A DNA stretch of 61,564 bases, counting the filler. It is 3 parts of 3 records of this genome, joined end to end, with 100 filler letters (N's around TTAATTAATTAA, not from the genome) between each part and the next. Parts side by side here need not be neighbours in the genome. Positions count along the whole stretch, not along the records: positions 27,214 to 52,832 come from DRR723986_9977; positions 52,933 to 61,564 come from DRR723986_9979; 1 more part is not named here. The stretch is one strand, 5' to 3'. The notes under the pieces were generated by a model that saw only the letters and a list, made by a program, of their open reading frames with translations, did no database searches and was not told the DNA's origin. The first letter of the stretch is position 1. Every line of letters starts with the position of its first letter. Of the stretch, positions 45,106-56,026 are shown piece after piece. The position numbers were made by a program, and so were the translations under genes.

Positions 45106-46149
45106 ATGTATAAAATGGAAGCTTTAGCCTCGTTTAAGAGAGAGATATCTTCACCCAAAAAAATATTCATTACAACTCACGTCAAGCCTGATGCCGACGC
45201 ATTGGGATCTTCCTTAGGATTGGCTAATTACCTGCTCAAGAAAGGACATGAAGTGACTGTAGTGACTCCATCGGATTATCCTTCGTTTCTTAATTGGATG
45301 AAAGGCAATGATTCTGTGTTGGATTTTAGTAATCCCCTACACACTGAACTTGCTACCAAAAAGTTAAATGAAGCTGATATAATCTTCTGTTTGGATTTCT
45401 CTGTCTTAAATAGGGTAAATGAATTAGGCGAAATGATCCGGAACTCGGATGCATATACCGTCAACATTGACCATCATCAAGATCCTGAAGACTTTGCTGA
45501 CTATCGTATATGGAGTACGGAAGCCGCAGCTACCTGTGAATTGGTGTATGAAATGGTGGTACAGCTCGGCGATGAAAATCTCCTGGATAAGGACATAGCA
45601 GAATGCCTATACGCTGGTATTATGACTGATACGGGTGGATTTAGACATCCTAATACCACCAAGAATGTTCATTTAGTTGTTGCAGAATTGTTGGATTTGG
45701 GAGCGGATAGTTCTCAGATTGCCAATTGGATTTACGATTCCAATTCTGTTAACAGGTTGAAATTTATCGGCTTTGCGATCAGCCGCCGTCTAGTAGTTCA
45801 CGAGGAACTTCATATGGCCTATTTTGCGATCAGCAAAAAAGATCTTAAAAAATATCAAAGCCGTACTGGCGATACCGAAGGTTTAGTCAATTATGCATTA
45901 TCTTTGGACGGGATAAAGCTGGCTGCCCTATTTTCGGAACGCGAAGATGGTATCAAAATTTCCTTTAGGTCGTCCAGTGAGGTAGCTGTTAATAAATTTG
46001 CAGCAGAATATTTCGATGGGGGTGGACATAAAAATGCCTCTGGAGGCAAGTCAATGTTAAGCCTAAAAGATACAGTTGAGCGATTTGAGTCGTTAGTAGA
46101 AGAACATCAGGAAGAGTTATTCCGAGTTGTTCCAGCTACAGTCGGATAA
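45106..46149 (+). CDS. nrnA: DHH/DHHA1 phosphoesterase (NrnA-like)
   Basis: 'HVKPDADALGS', 'NIDHH', 'TDTGGF', 'GGGHKNASG'. Confidence 0.88.
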   Translation: MYKMEALASFKREISSPKKIFITTHVKPDADALGSSLGLANYLLKKGHEVTVVTPSDYPSFLNWMKGNDSVLDFSNPLHTELATKKLNEADIIFCLDFSVLNRVNELGEMIRNSDAYTVNIDHHQDPEDFADYRIWSTEAAATCELVYEMVVQLGDENLLDKDIAECLYAGIMTDTGGFRHPNTTKNVHLVVAELLDLGADSSQIANWIYDSNSVNRLKFIGFAISRRLVVHEELHMAYFAISKKDLKKYQSRTGDTEGLVNYALSLDGIKLAALFSEREDGIKISFRSSSEVAVNKFAAEYFDGGGHKNASGGKSMLSLKDTVERFESLVEEHQEELFRVVPATVG

Positions 46150-46291
46150 ATAGCTTACAGCCCTCCCAAATAAATAGTAAAAATCACTCATCCATCCTTT
46201 ATGAAATCGAGCGAAACCCAGAAGTCAAACAATGGGATGATTATAATATAAGCGAGATTCCATATGACCTTTGAAAAACAAGTATAATCAA

Positions 46292-47215
46292 ATGAAAAAT
46301 TCAAAAAGCCTTTTGGCAATTCTAGCTCTTATGATAGGAGCAATCAGCTTGACTTCATGCAATAAGACCAAAGTCACTGAAAAAGATGGTATCGAATACA
46401 CCTACGTTAAAGAAGGGAATGAAAAAGCTCCAAATGGAGAGTATTTACTATATAATCTTGAAGTTCTGACTGCAACTGATTCCGTGATTATATCTACGCT
46501 AGAACAACCTTTTCCAGGGTATGTGCAAGCAAATGATTCTATGGAGGTTACAAATGGAATGGATGAGATATTCCTAAATCTTAAAAAGGGCGATAGTATC
46601 GCTTTTGAATCAACTGCGAAAACAATTTTTGGTGGTAATTATCCTCCGTTCATGAAAGAAGACGATTTGGTTAAAGTAAGACTAGGGGCGTTTGAAATCA
46701 TGAATCAAGAGGGAATTCAGGCATACTATGAGAAAGTAATGGCTGCGGAAGAAGTAAAAAGAACTGAAAGAGCGGCTGAAAGAATCATTGAAGAAGATAA
46801 AATCATTCAAGATTACCTAAAAGAAAAAGGTCTTGAAGCACAGAAAACTGAGAGTGGTCTGTATTATATCATCGAAGAAGAAGGAACTGGCGATCCGGTG
46901 ACTCCGGGTACCTCTATGTCTGTGCATTATGCTGGATATTTGATTGACGGTAGTTTGTTTGACACTTCTATCGAGGCAATTGCTAAAGAAAATGGAATCT
47001 TCAATGAAGGAAGACCTTATGAGCCTCTTCCCGTAGCTGTCGGCATGGGTCAGGTAATTCCAGGTTGGGATGAAGGGCTACTTTTATTGAAAAAAGGTTC
47101 AAAGGGTAAATTCCTTATCCCTTCTCCACTTGGATATGGTGAAAACGCTATGGGAGACAGAATTCCTGCAAATTCAATCCTTATTTTCGACGTAGATGTA
47201 GCGGATGTAAAGTAA
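46292..47215 (+). CDS. FKBP-type peptidyl-prolyl isomerase lipoprotein (two-domain)
   Basis: Lipobox 'LTSC', 'VHYAGYL...FDTS', 'VIPGWDEG', 'IPSPLGYG'. Confidence 0.9.
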   Translation: MKNSKSLLAILALMIGAISLTSCNKTKVTEKDGIEYTYVKEGNEKAPNGEYLLYNLEVLTATDSVIISTLEQPFPGYVQANDSMEVTNGMDEIFLNLKKGDSIAFESTAKTIFGGNYPPFMKEDDLVKVRLGAFEIMNQEGIQAYYEKVMAAEEVKRTERAAERIIEEDKIIQDYLKEKGLEAQKTESGLYYIIEEEGTGDPVTPGTSMSVHYAGYLIDGSLFDTSIEAIAKENGIFNEGRPYEPLPVAVGMGQVIPGWDEGLLLLKKGSKGKFLIPSPLGYGENAMGDRIPANSILIFDVDVADVK

Positions 47216-47263
47216 CATACGTATTGAAGCTATAGTCAGCCCGTTTAAACAAAACCAACTACA

Positions 47264-47815
47264 ATGAAATTTAGATTATTTTCCATTTTAAGCTTGATTG
47301 CTGGAAGTTTAGCATTTGTATCTTGCATTGATGAGGAGGCTACTGATGCCACAATCCTTGCAAACGATAAAGCTGCCATACTTGCATACGTCGATACCAC
47401 TACGATAGTCAATGTGAAGGAATTTCACGATGAGGCTTCAGGTATAAGAATAATTTGGCAACTTGAAGCTCAGCCTGATACCATTTCTGAATTTTACTCA
47501 ACAGATACGGTAACTGTAAATTACACGGGAAAATTCCTAACTAATCAGGTCTTTGAAACAACTGTTGAATCTGTAGCCAAGGCTAATGGGATATATAATC
47601 AAAACAAAAATTACGAGCCAGTTCAGTTTATTTTAGGAGGAGTTATTGCAGGATTTCAGTTTGGAATTTCTCAAATGGAAACAGGTGAAAAAGCAACTGT
47701 ATTTATGCCTTCAAGATACGCATATGGAAGAAATGGTCAAGGTAATATAGGAGCAAATACACCTTTAATATTCGAGCTAGAGCTAGTAAAAGTGAATCCT
47801 GGGCCGAGAAACTAA
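47264..47815 (+). CDS. FKBP-type peptidyl-prolyl isomerase lipoprotein
   Basis: Lipobox 'FVSC', 'VNYTGKF', 'MPSRYAYG', 'LIFELEL'. Confidence 0.88.
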   Translation: MKFRLFSILSLIAGSLAFVSCIDEEATDATILANDKAAILAYVDTTTIVNVKEFHDEASGIRIIWQLEAQPDTISEFYSTDTVTVNYTGKFLTNQVFETTVESVAKANGIYNQNKNYEPVQFILGGVIAGFQFGISQMETGEKATVFMPSRYAYGRNGQGNIGANTPLIFELELVKVNPGPRN

Positions 47816-47820
47816 TTAAT

Positions 47821-48378
47821 ATGATTTTACAACGAGTTAGTATTTTCTTCTTTCTGCTGATATCAATTGCATTTGTAAGCTGCGATGCTCAGAATCCTTT
47901 CGATACGGGCCCCGTCTATGATACGGCAGGGAACCTTGAGAGAGATAGCTTATTAATTGTGGAATATCTAGAGACGGCTGATATAGATAGCCTTTATCGT
48001 ATTCATGATCCAAGTGGTATAGTTATTATCGTTCAAGAAGAAGGTGTCGCGTCTCGCCCAAATAGTGGAAATGTAGTATACACTAATTACGTAGGGTCTT
48101 TAATGAGTGATGGGTCTGTTTTTGATACAAACATTGAAAATGTTGCAATAGATAATGATATTTTCGTTGAGGGTCGTGATTACGATATTTTCAGCTTTCA
48201 GCTAGGTGCTGGTAGTGTAATTCAAGGATGGGACATTGCTTTTAGGCGATTAAGGTCAGGGACTAAAGCAAAACTTATCATTCCATCTCCTTATGGGTAT
48301 CGTGATTCGGAAAATAACGACAGGATACCACCTAACTCGATATTGATATTTGATGTGGATTTCAAAGGAATGGACTAA
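47821..48378 (+). CDS. FKBP-type peptidyl-prolyl isomerase lipoprotein
   Basis: Lipobox 'FVSC', 'VIQGWD', 'IPSPYGY', 'IPPNSILIFDV'. Confidence 0.88.
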   Translation: MILQRVSIFFFLLISIAFVSCDAQNPFDTGPVYDTAGNLERDSLLIVEYLETADIDSLYRIHDPSGIVIIVQEEGVASRPNSGNVVYTNYVGSLMSDGSVFDTNIENVAIDNDIFVEGRDYDIFSFQLGAGSVIQGWDIAFRRLRSGTKAKLIIPSPYGYRDSENNDRIPPNSILIFDVDFKGMD

Positions 48379-48383
48379 AATAT

Positions 48384-48415
48384 AAAGGAGGGCTTCAGCA
48401 GCCCTCCTTTTTTTT
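48384..48415 (+). terminator. Intrinsic terminator after the FKBP genes
   Basis: AAAGGAGGGCT...AGCCCTCC followed by T8. Confidence 0.85.
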
Positions 48416-48518
48416 GATCATACTTTTATATAAAACTGAGGCAGAGCCATTTCTGTCTTGATACCAAGGTAGTTGTTAACGTCTGACTTTCGAATAATAG
48501 CTTTTGAAAGCCTTTAGC

Positions 48519-48833
48519 TTAAACTGTTACCTGTGATGTTTGGTTTTCTTGCTTTATTTTTTTACCCAAATAGTCCAAAAGAAAGAAGCTAATTAAAAAA
48601 CCGATTGCAGGAACAGAAAAGAATACCATGTGCCAAAACTCAGAGTTAGCAGGAGGGTAATAATCATATAACTCAGTCTGAATAGATAGATCCCAATCTG
48701 TCATAATCCCCAGTGATGCGAGATAAATCATGTAGATAAATAGAGCCACCATCACTGCCGAAAATATCATCCCTAAACGAATGAAAACTCTTGCTAGTTT
48801 ATAACTTGGGTCGAGAGATAAGGTAGTTGTCAT
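48519..48833 (-). CDS. Hypothetical membrane protein with 2 TM segments
   Basis: 104 aa, two hydrophobic segments, fills an intergenic gap. Confidence 0.6.
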   Translation of the reverse strand: MTTTLSLDPSYKLARVFIRLGMIFSAVMVALFIYMIYLASLGIMTDWDLSIQTELYDYYPPANSEFWHMVFFSVPAIGFLISFFLLDYLGKKIKQENQTSQVTV

Positions 48834-48978
48834 GGCGGAAAAGTTTATTAAAAATGCGTTTCAAATTGCTGCTAACCAATTATTTAACGTTAAATCCCTT
48901 TAAAATTATCTAAAGGGTCAGGTTTTTATTTATGGTAAAGACTTTAGGGAGTTGGTAAACCTTGCTTTTATCCTAAAT

Positions 48979-49009
48979 AAAAAAAGGAACTCATTGCTGA
49001 GTTCCTTTT
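48979..49009 (-). terminator. Intrinsic terminator after rplS
   Basis: AAAAGGAACTCA-TTGC-TGAGTTCCTTTT. Confidence 0.85.
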
Positions 49010-49030
49010 CGATTTCAAACGGGAGAAATC

Positions 49031-49396
49031 TTACTTTCTCACTCTGATTTTTTCCTTGATACGTGCAGCTTTACCCTGACGTCCTCTTAGGTAGAATAGA
49101 CGAGCTCTTCTTACTTTACCTTGTCTCAATAGATCGATTTGCTCGATTGCAGGAGAGATGATAGGGAAGATTCTTTCTACACCGATACCATTGGATATTT
49201 TTCTTACAGTGAATGTCTCACCGTTAGAGTTCGGGTTTCTACGCTGGATCACAGTTCCTTGGAACTGCTGGATACGCTCCTTGCTACCTTCTTTGATACG
49301 TACGTGTACGTTGATGGTATCGCCAGCTTTGAATGAAGGGAATTTAGCTCTAACCTCGCTGTATTCCGCTTCTACTATTTTCATTAGATCGCTCAT
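49031..49396 (-). CDS. rplS: 50S ribosomal protein L19
   Basis: '[16 protein letters not shown]', '[12 protein letters not shown]'. Confidence 0.98.
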   Translation of the reverse strand: MSDLMKIVEAEYSEVRAKFPSFKAGDTINVHVRIKEGSKERIQQFQGTVIQRRNPNSNGETFTVRKISNGIGVERIFPIISPAIEQIDLLRQGKVRRARLFYLRGRQGKAARIKEKIRVRK

Positions 49397-49445
49397 AGCT
49401 TTATATTTTTATGCTTTCGCTGTTTGCCAACGCGTGGCTTATTAA

Positions 49446-50162
49446 TTATTTCTTATACGATTCTGCATCGCTTTTCCCGGGTTGGTTGTCCCTGAGCAAG
49501 TCAGGTCTTCTCTCGTGGGTTCGGCGAACCGATGCTTCAAATCTCCATTCATTTATCTTGGCTTCATGTCCTGATAGCAATACCTCAGGTACTTTCATCC
49601 CGTCGTATTCGGCGGGGCGAGTGTACACCGGCGGTGCCAGTAGACCATCCTGGAAGGAGTCTGTCAAAGCTGAGGTTTCATCATTCAGCACTCCCGGTAT
49701 CAGGCGAATCAATGCGTCAGCTACTACAGCTGCTGCTAATTCTCCTCCGGAAAGTACGTAATCACCAATGCTAATTTCCTTGGTGATGAATCGCTCTCTC
49801 ACTCGCTCATCTACTCCCTTATAATGACCACAAAGGATCAGCAGGTTTTGGTTGAGCGAAAGGGCATTTGCCATGGGCTGATCGAAACGAGCTCCGTCAG
49901 GTGTCATGTAGATGATCTCATCGTACGTGCGTTCCTTCTGAAGTGCTTCTATGCAACGAGCGATGGGCTCGATTGACATTACCATCCCTGCTCCCCCTCC
50001 AAAAGCGTAGTCATCGACTTGCTTTTGCTTGCTTGTTGAATAATCCCGTAGGTTGATCACGCGAATACTGGCTAGTCCTTTGTCCTCCGCTCTTTTCAGA
50101 ATGGAGTGAGCAAAAGGCCCTTCCAATAATCCCGGTACTACAGTGATGATATCAATGTGCAT
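49446..50162 (-). CDS. trmD: tRNA (guanine-N1)-methyltransferase
   Basis: 'FGGGAGMV', '[10 protein letters not shown]', '[11 protein letters not shown]'. Confidence 0.97.
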   Translation of the reverse strand: MHIDIITVVPGLLEGPFAHSILKRAEDKGLASIRVINLRDYSTSKQKQVDDYAFGGGAGMVMSIEPIARCIEALQKERTYDEIIYMTPDGARFDQPMANALSLNQNLLILCGHYKGVDERVRERFITKEISIGDYVLSGGELAAAVVADALIRLIPGVLNDETSALTDSFQDGLLAPPVYTRPAEYDGMKVPEVLLSGHEAKINEWRFEASVRRTHERRPDLLRDNQPGKSDAESYKK

Positions 50163-50165
50163 GGG

Positions 50166-50696
50166 TTAGTCTTCCAGATAAATTTCAAGTAAACCTTCGG
50201 GTAATCGGCAGTAAACTTTTTTAGCTGCCTTGTCCACCTTTAGGATAATTCCGTCCTGAATAGGTATCAGTACTTCTTTTTCCTTGTGTGTTACTCCGAG
50301 GAGATTCTGTGTCTCCAGATCATAAACGATCTGAATAGGTCCGATCAGGCCTTCTGTCTCGTCAAAGACTTCGAATCCGATCAACTCATGAAAGAAGTAT
50401 TGGTCGTCTTTCAGTTCAGGTAAAGCTGTCAAAGGAAGATAAACTCCCAATCCAACCAAATTTTCTACCTGATCCAACGAGTTCAAATCCTCAAATTTCG
50501 CCAATGCTTTATTTCCAGGTTGGAGTACAAAGTGCTCCAGGAAAAACGGCACCAGCCGGGATTTTTGCTCTAAGAATAAATGCTCTAATGTCTCATAATC
50601 CTCAGGATAATCGACATCCAGCACTATCATTACTTCTCCACGAAGTCCATGAACTTTAGACACGTAGCCTAACTGAAAGCTTTGGTCCTTATTCAT
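50166..50696 (-). CDS. rimM: Ribosome maturation factor RimM
   Basis: 'KVHGLRGEV', 'EVLIP'; lies between rpsP and trmD. Confidence 0.95.
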   Translation of the reverse strand: MNKDQSFQLGYVSKVHGLRGEVMIVLDVDYPEDYETLEHLFLEQKSRLVPFFLEHFVLQPGNKALAKFEDLNSLDQVENLVGLGVYLPLTALPELKDDQYFFHELIGFEVFDETEGLIGPIQIVYDLETQNLLGVTHKEKEVLIPIQDGIILKVDKAAKKVYCRLPEGLLEIYLED

Positions 50697-50707
50697 GGGG
50701 ATTTATA

Positions 50708-51313
50708 TTATGCTTTTGCTTCGTCTTCGCCAGACTCAGGAGCTTTTTCTTCTGCAGGAGCTTCAGCCTCAGCAGCAGGAGCCTCTTCAGTTGCAACTTC
50801 TTCTACCGGGGCAGGATTGTTAGCAGCTTCAGCAGCAGCTAGAAGAGCTTTTTGCTCGTCTTCTCTTGCTTTGATAGCATCAAGTCTTGCTTGGTTCTTA
50901 GCAGCTTCAGCATCGAATGCTTTCTTCTTAGCATCAGCTTTCGCAGCAGTGATACCCTCAGTTTTTCCAGCAATTTTAGTCTCTTTATCGGTCAACCATG
51001 CTTCGAATTTCGCGTCTGCTTGTTCTTGGGTGATTGCACCTTTCAATACACCAATCTGAAGGTGTTTTTTCAGCATTACACCTCTGTAAGAAAGCATAGC
51101 TTTCACAGTGTCTGTTGGCTGAGCTCCATTCAACAACCATTTAAGAGCGCGCTCATTGTTGATGTTAATAGAAGCAGGATTCGTGTTTGGATTGTAAGAT
51201 CCGATTTTTTCGATGAAGCGTCCATCACGTGGAGCTCTTGCATCAGCTACAACCACGTCGTAGATAGCCATTTTTCTTCTACCTCTTCGTGCTAATCTGA
51301 TTTTTACTGACAT
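50708..51313 (-). CDS. rpsP: 30S ribosomal protein S16 (long C-terminal extension, as in Bacteroidota)
   Basis: '[10 protein letters not shown]', '[14 protein letters not shown]', '[12 protein letters not shown]'. Confidence 0.98.
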   Translation of the reverse strand: MSVKIRLARRGRRKMAIYDVVVADARAPRDGRFIEKIGSYNPNTNPASININNERALKWLLNGAQPTDTVKAMLSYRGVMLKKHLQIGVLKGAITQEQADAKFEAWLTDKETKIAGKTEGITAAKADAKKKAFDAEAAKNQARLDAIKAREDEQKALLAAAEAANNPAPVEEVATEEAPAAEAEAPAEEKAPESGEDEAKA

Positions 51314-51621
51314 AAATTATAATGTATTTAGTGAGTGGATGGAACCCGTCCATCCTAATTTTGGAGTGCAAAGATAGTGTAAATACTTGTAAAGCCATAA
51401 GTTGGCTAAAGAATATTTGCCTGAAAGCGGGCTTTTCTTTTATCTTGCAGGAGAATGTCCAAAGGCTGGTTAATCAATGGTTTTGATGAGCAATAAGTTC
51501 ATGTTAACATGACCCGATAGATCAATGAGCGTCCAAATTATTTCAGCTGGTTGGTGATATACCAAGCATTTGCTAAACGCTAAATGAATTTATTTCTTTA
51601 AATAAAAGGATGATTTGATAT

Positions 51622-51693
51622 GGCCCCGTAGTTCAATGGATAGAACAAGCGTTTCCTAAACGCTAGATCTAGGTTCGATTCCTAGCGGGGCTA
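51622..51693 (+). tRNA. tRNA-Arg (anticodon CCT)
   Basis: Acceptor stem GGCCCCG/CGGGGCT, anticodon arm AGCGT-TTCCTAA-ACGCT, T-loop GGTTCGATTCC; no encoded CCA. Confidence 0.95.
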
Positions 51694-51761
51694 CTTTTTC
51701 ACTCAGGCTGTTTTTTGGAATCAATTACCTAAATTAAATACGATTTAGAAACCCAAACTAC

Positions 51762-52814
51762 ATGTCAGAAAAGAGAAGAATTGGCTTGAAAGATATTGCC
51801 AAAGAACTTGGAATATCTATTTCTACTGCTTCAAGAGCATTAAATGCCTATCCTGGAATAGCAGACGAAACGATTAAACTGGTCAAGGAATATGCCGAAA
51901 AGCATAATTATGTGCCAAATACCATGGCTGTCAATTTCCGGAAAAACAAAACCATGACCTTAGGGATAGTGGTACCTGAGCTCATTCACTACTTTTTTTC
52001 TTCAGTAATCAGTGGAGCTATTCAAACAGCCAAGAAACATGGGTATAGTGTGTTTGTAAGTCAAACAGATGAAAAAGTAGCTAATGAAATTGTTGCTTGT
52101 AGAACTCTACTATCTTCAGGAATAGATGGATTACTCATATCTATCTCCAATGAAACAATTGAGGGTAAGCATATACAAGAATTTTTGGAAGAGGGAAAAC
52201 CAGTTGTTCAATTTGATAAAGTCTCCGATTATCTGGAAACTCCCAAAGTAATTGTTGATGATTTCCAGGGTGCCTTTAATGCAGTTGAGCATCTCCTAAA
52301 AAAAGGATATAAGAAAATTGCGCATATAGGGGGATGGGCTGATGTCAAAAATTCAGTAGAAAGGAAAAGAGGATATATGGAAGCTTTAAGGACAAATGGA
52401 TTTGAAATCCATGGAGATTTTTTATTAGAGTGCACAGACATAAGTGAGCAGGAGGGGTATGAATTCACTAAAAAATTTATGGAATCACACAATCCTCCCG
52501 ATGCGATTTTTTGCATAACAGATCTGGTTGCTATTGGTGCAATAAAGTATTTGAAAGAGAAGAATTTTCAAATTCCAGAACAAGTTGGGGTTATGGGGTT
52601 CAGTAATTGGCAACTCGCAGGAATGGTGTCCCCAGGTTTAAGTTCCGTTGACCAGCATGCATATGAGATGGGAGTGAAATCCACTGAAATTCTAATCAAT
52701 ATTCTAAGGGGAAAAGCACTATGTACGGATCAAACGCACATAGTGAAAACTGAGCTCATTATTAGAGAATCTACCTCGGTTAAAAGTCACAAAGATCAAG
52801 AACCGATTAATTAA
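51762..52814 (+). CDS. LacI-family transcriptional regulator
   Basis: HTH 'LKDIAKELGISISTASRAL', periplasmic-binding-protein-like effector domain, 'ELIIREST'. Confidence 0.93.
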   Translation: MSEKRRIGLKDIAKELGISISTASRALNAYPGIADETIKLVKEYAEKHNYVPNTMAVNFRKNKTMTLGIVVPELIHYFFSSVISGAIQTAKKHGYSVFVSQTDEKVANEIVACRTLLSSGIDGLLISISNETIEGKHIQEFLEEGKPVVQFDKVSDYLETPKVIVDDFQGAFNAVEHLLKKGYKKIAHIGGWADVKNSVERKRGYMEALRTNGFEIHGDFLLECTDISEQEGYEFTKKFMESHNPPDAIFCITDLVAIGAIKYLKEKNFQIPEQVGVMGFSNWQLAGMVSPGLSSVDQHAYEMGVKSTEILINILRGKALCTDQTHIVKTELIIRESTSVKSHKDQEPIN

Positions 52815-52832
52815 TCGGCTCAAATAAATGGA

Positions 52833-52932
52833 NNNNNNNNNNNNNNNNNNNNNNNNNNNNNNNNNNNNNNNNNNNNTTAATTAATTAANNNNNNNNNNNN
52901 NNNNNNNNNNNNNNNNNNNNNNNNNNNNNNNN
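52833..52932. other. Artificial contig spacer
   Basis: 44 N + TTAATTAATTAA + 44 N. Confidence 0.99.
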
Positions 52933-52933
52933 G

Positions 52934-53446
52934 AACAGTTCATCGGAGACTCTGTCCATTCCTGCGATTGGCCAACTAGTCAGCGATCAGGAGGCGAGAA
53001 ATGCCGGTCGGCACTTTGTGTTGCTGGTGAATACCGAGCCTGATGCACGCGGGTTTTATCTGGCGGAATCCCAGGTGGTAGTGGATGCTGAGTCCGGCCA
53101 ATATCCCTTCCGTTTCGAGTTTGATGATGGCGAGGAACCGCGGCGTTTGAGTGAGGTTCGTCCGGGTGACTACTATCTGGTGGCCGGAACAGACCATGAC
53201 GGAGATGGCCTCATCTGCCAGCCTGGAGAAGCCTGTGCAGAATACCCGGTTGCGGGTCTGCGTGAGATCGTTTCCATTACGGATGAGTCAAGCCTGTCTG
53301 ATATCCGCATGACCACCAGTTTCTCGCGTCCAACCATTTCTACCTCCAACCCTGATATCCTTCCTAGGCCCGGGTTTAAAGGTTACAGATTACTGCAGCC
53401 TGACCAGGCGCCCTCGACCAACGACGGAGTAAAAGCAGTTCAATGA
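52934..53446 (+). CDS. C-terminal fragment of a secreted protein, possibly an S8 (subtilase) peptidase
   Basis: Frame is open from the contig start; Ca-loop-like 'AGTDHDGDGLICQPGEAC'; ATGA-coupled to a PrcB-like gene. The catalytic domain is not in view. Confidence 0.5.
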   Translation, partial: NSSSETLSIPAIGQLVSDQEARNAGRHFVLLVNTEPDARGFYLAESQVVVDAESGQYPFRFEFDDGEEPRRLSEVRPGDYYLVAGTDHDGDGLICQPGEACAEYPVAGLREIVSITDESSLSDIRMTTSFSRPTISTSNPDILPRPGFKGYRLLQPDQAPSTNDGVKAVQ

Positions 53447-53940
53447 AAAGGACTCTGGTTCGACCATTTATCATCTCCGCTGCGATGCTGCTTCTGGCGG
53501 CGTGCAGCGCCACGGGCGGTCCCGGCGAGGGTGAGGGTGTCATGGTGCGGCAGATTACCCAGTCCGCTTATTGCGGCCTGACGGGGCCGGGGGTGGCGTT
53601 TGTGCGTTCGGAGGCCGATCGCGAAGCACTCCTGGATGTGAGTGGCCAGAATATGGCCACGGATGTGGTGCGCAAGGTTGATCTGAGCCGGGAGGCACTG
53701 GTGATGGTCACGCTCGGCCAGAAACCAACCGCCGGTTACAGCGTCGGGCTCCAGTCTGCGCTGGCGCAAGGCGAGAGTCTGGTGCTCGACATGCGGGTGA
53801 ATGAACCGGCGCCGGACATGATGGTGGCCCAGGTGATCACCTCGCCCTGTGCGGTACTTGCGGTTGAGCCTCGGGGCTGGCAGCAGATTCGTGTGCAGGG
53901 CCTGGCTGAGCAGCCACTGGTTCGGACGTTTGAAAACTGA
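53443..53940 (+). CDS. Lipoprotein with a PrcB C-terminal-like domain
   Basis: Lipobox 'LAAC', 'LGQKPTAGYSV', 'VAQVITSPC'. Confidence 0.75.
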   Translation: MKRTLVRPFIISAAMLLLAACSATGGPGEGEGVMVRQITQSAYCGLTGPGVAFVRSEADREALLDVSGQNMATDVVRKVDLSREALVMVTLGQKPTAGYSVGLQSALAQGESLVLDMRVNEPAPDMMVAQVITSPCAVLAVEPRGWQQIRVQGLAEQPLVRTFEN

Positions 53941-53986
53941 AACCACTTGGCGCCGCCACAAAACAACCGTTGATCTTTCAGCCTGA

Positions 53987-55930
<1,944 letters not shown>

Positions 55931-56026
55931 TATTCCATAATCAGCTATAAAAATCGATAGTTATTCTTTCTAAGAATTGCTTTGCCTCGCTATCCTGCCA
56001 GTTTTCAAACCGGAAAAGACTGAGTT

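Noticed and set aside
50708-50990. Ala/Glu/Lys-rich tail of S16 as a novel domain
   Set aside because: Long low-complexity S16 extensions are usual in Bacteroidota
27214-52832. Horizontal transfer of a Bacteroidota island into a proteobacterium
   Set aside because: The segment is bounded by artificial spacers and contains core ribosomal genes, so it is a separate organism's contig
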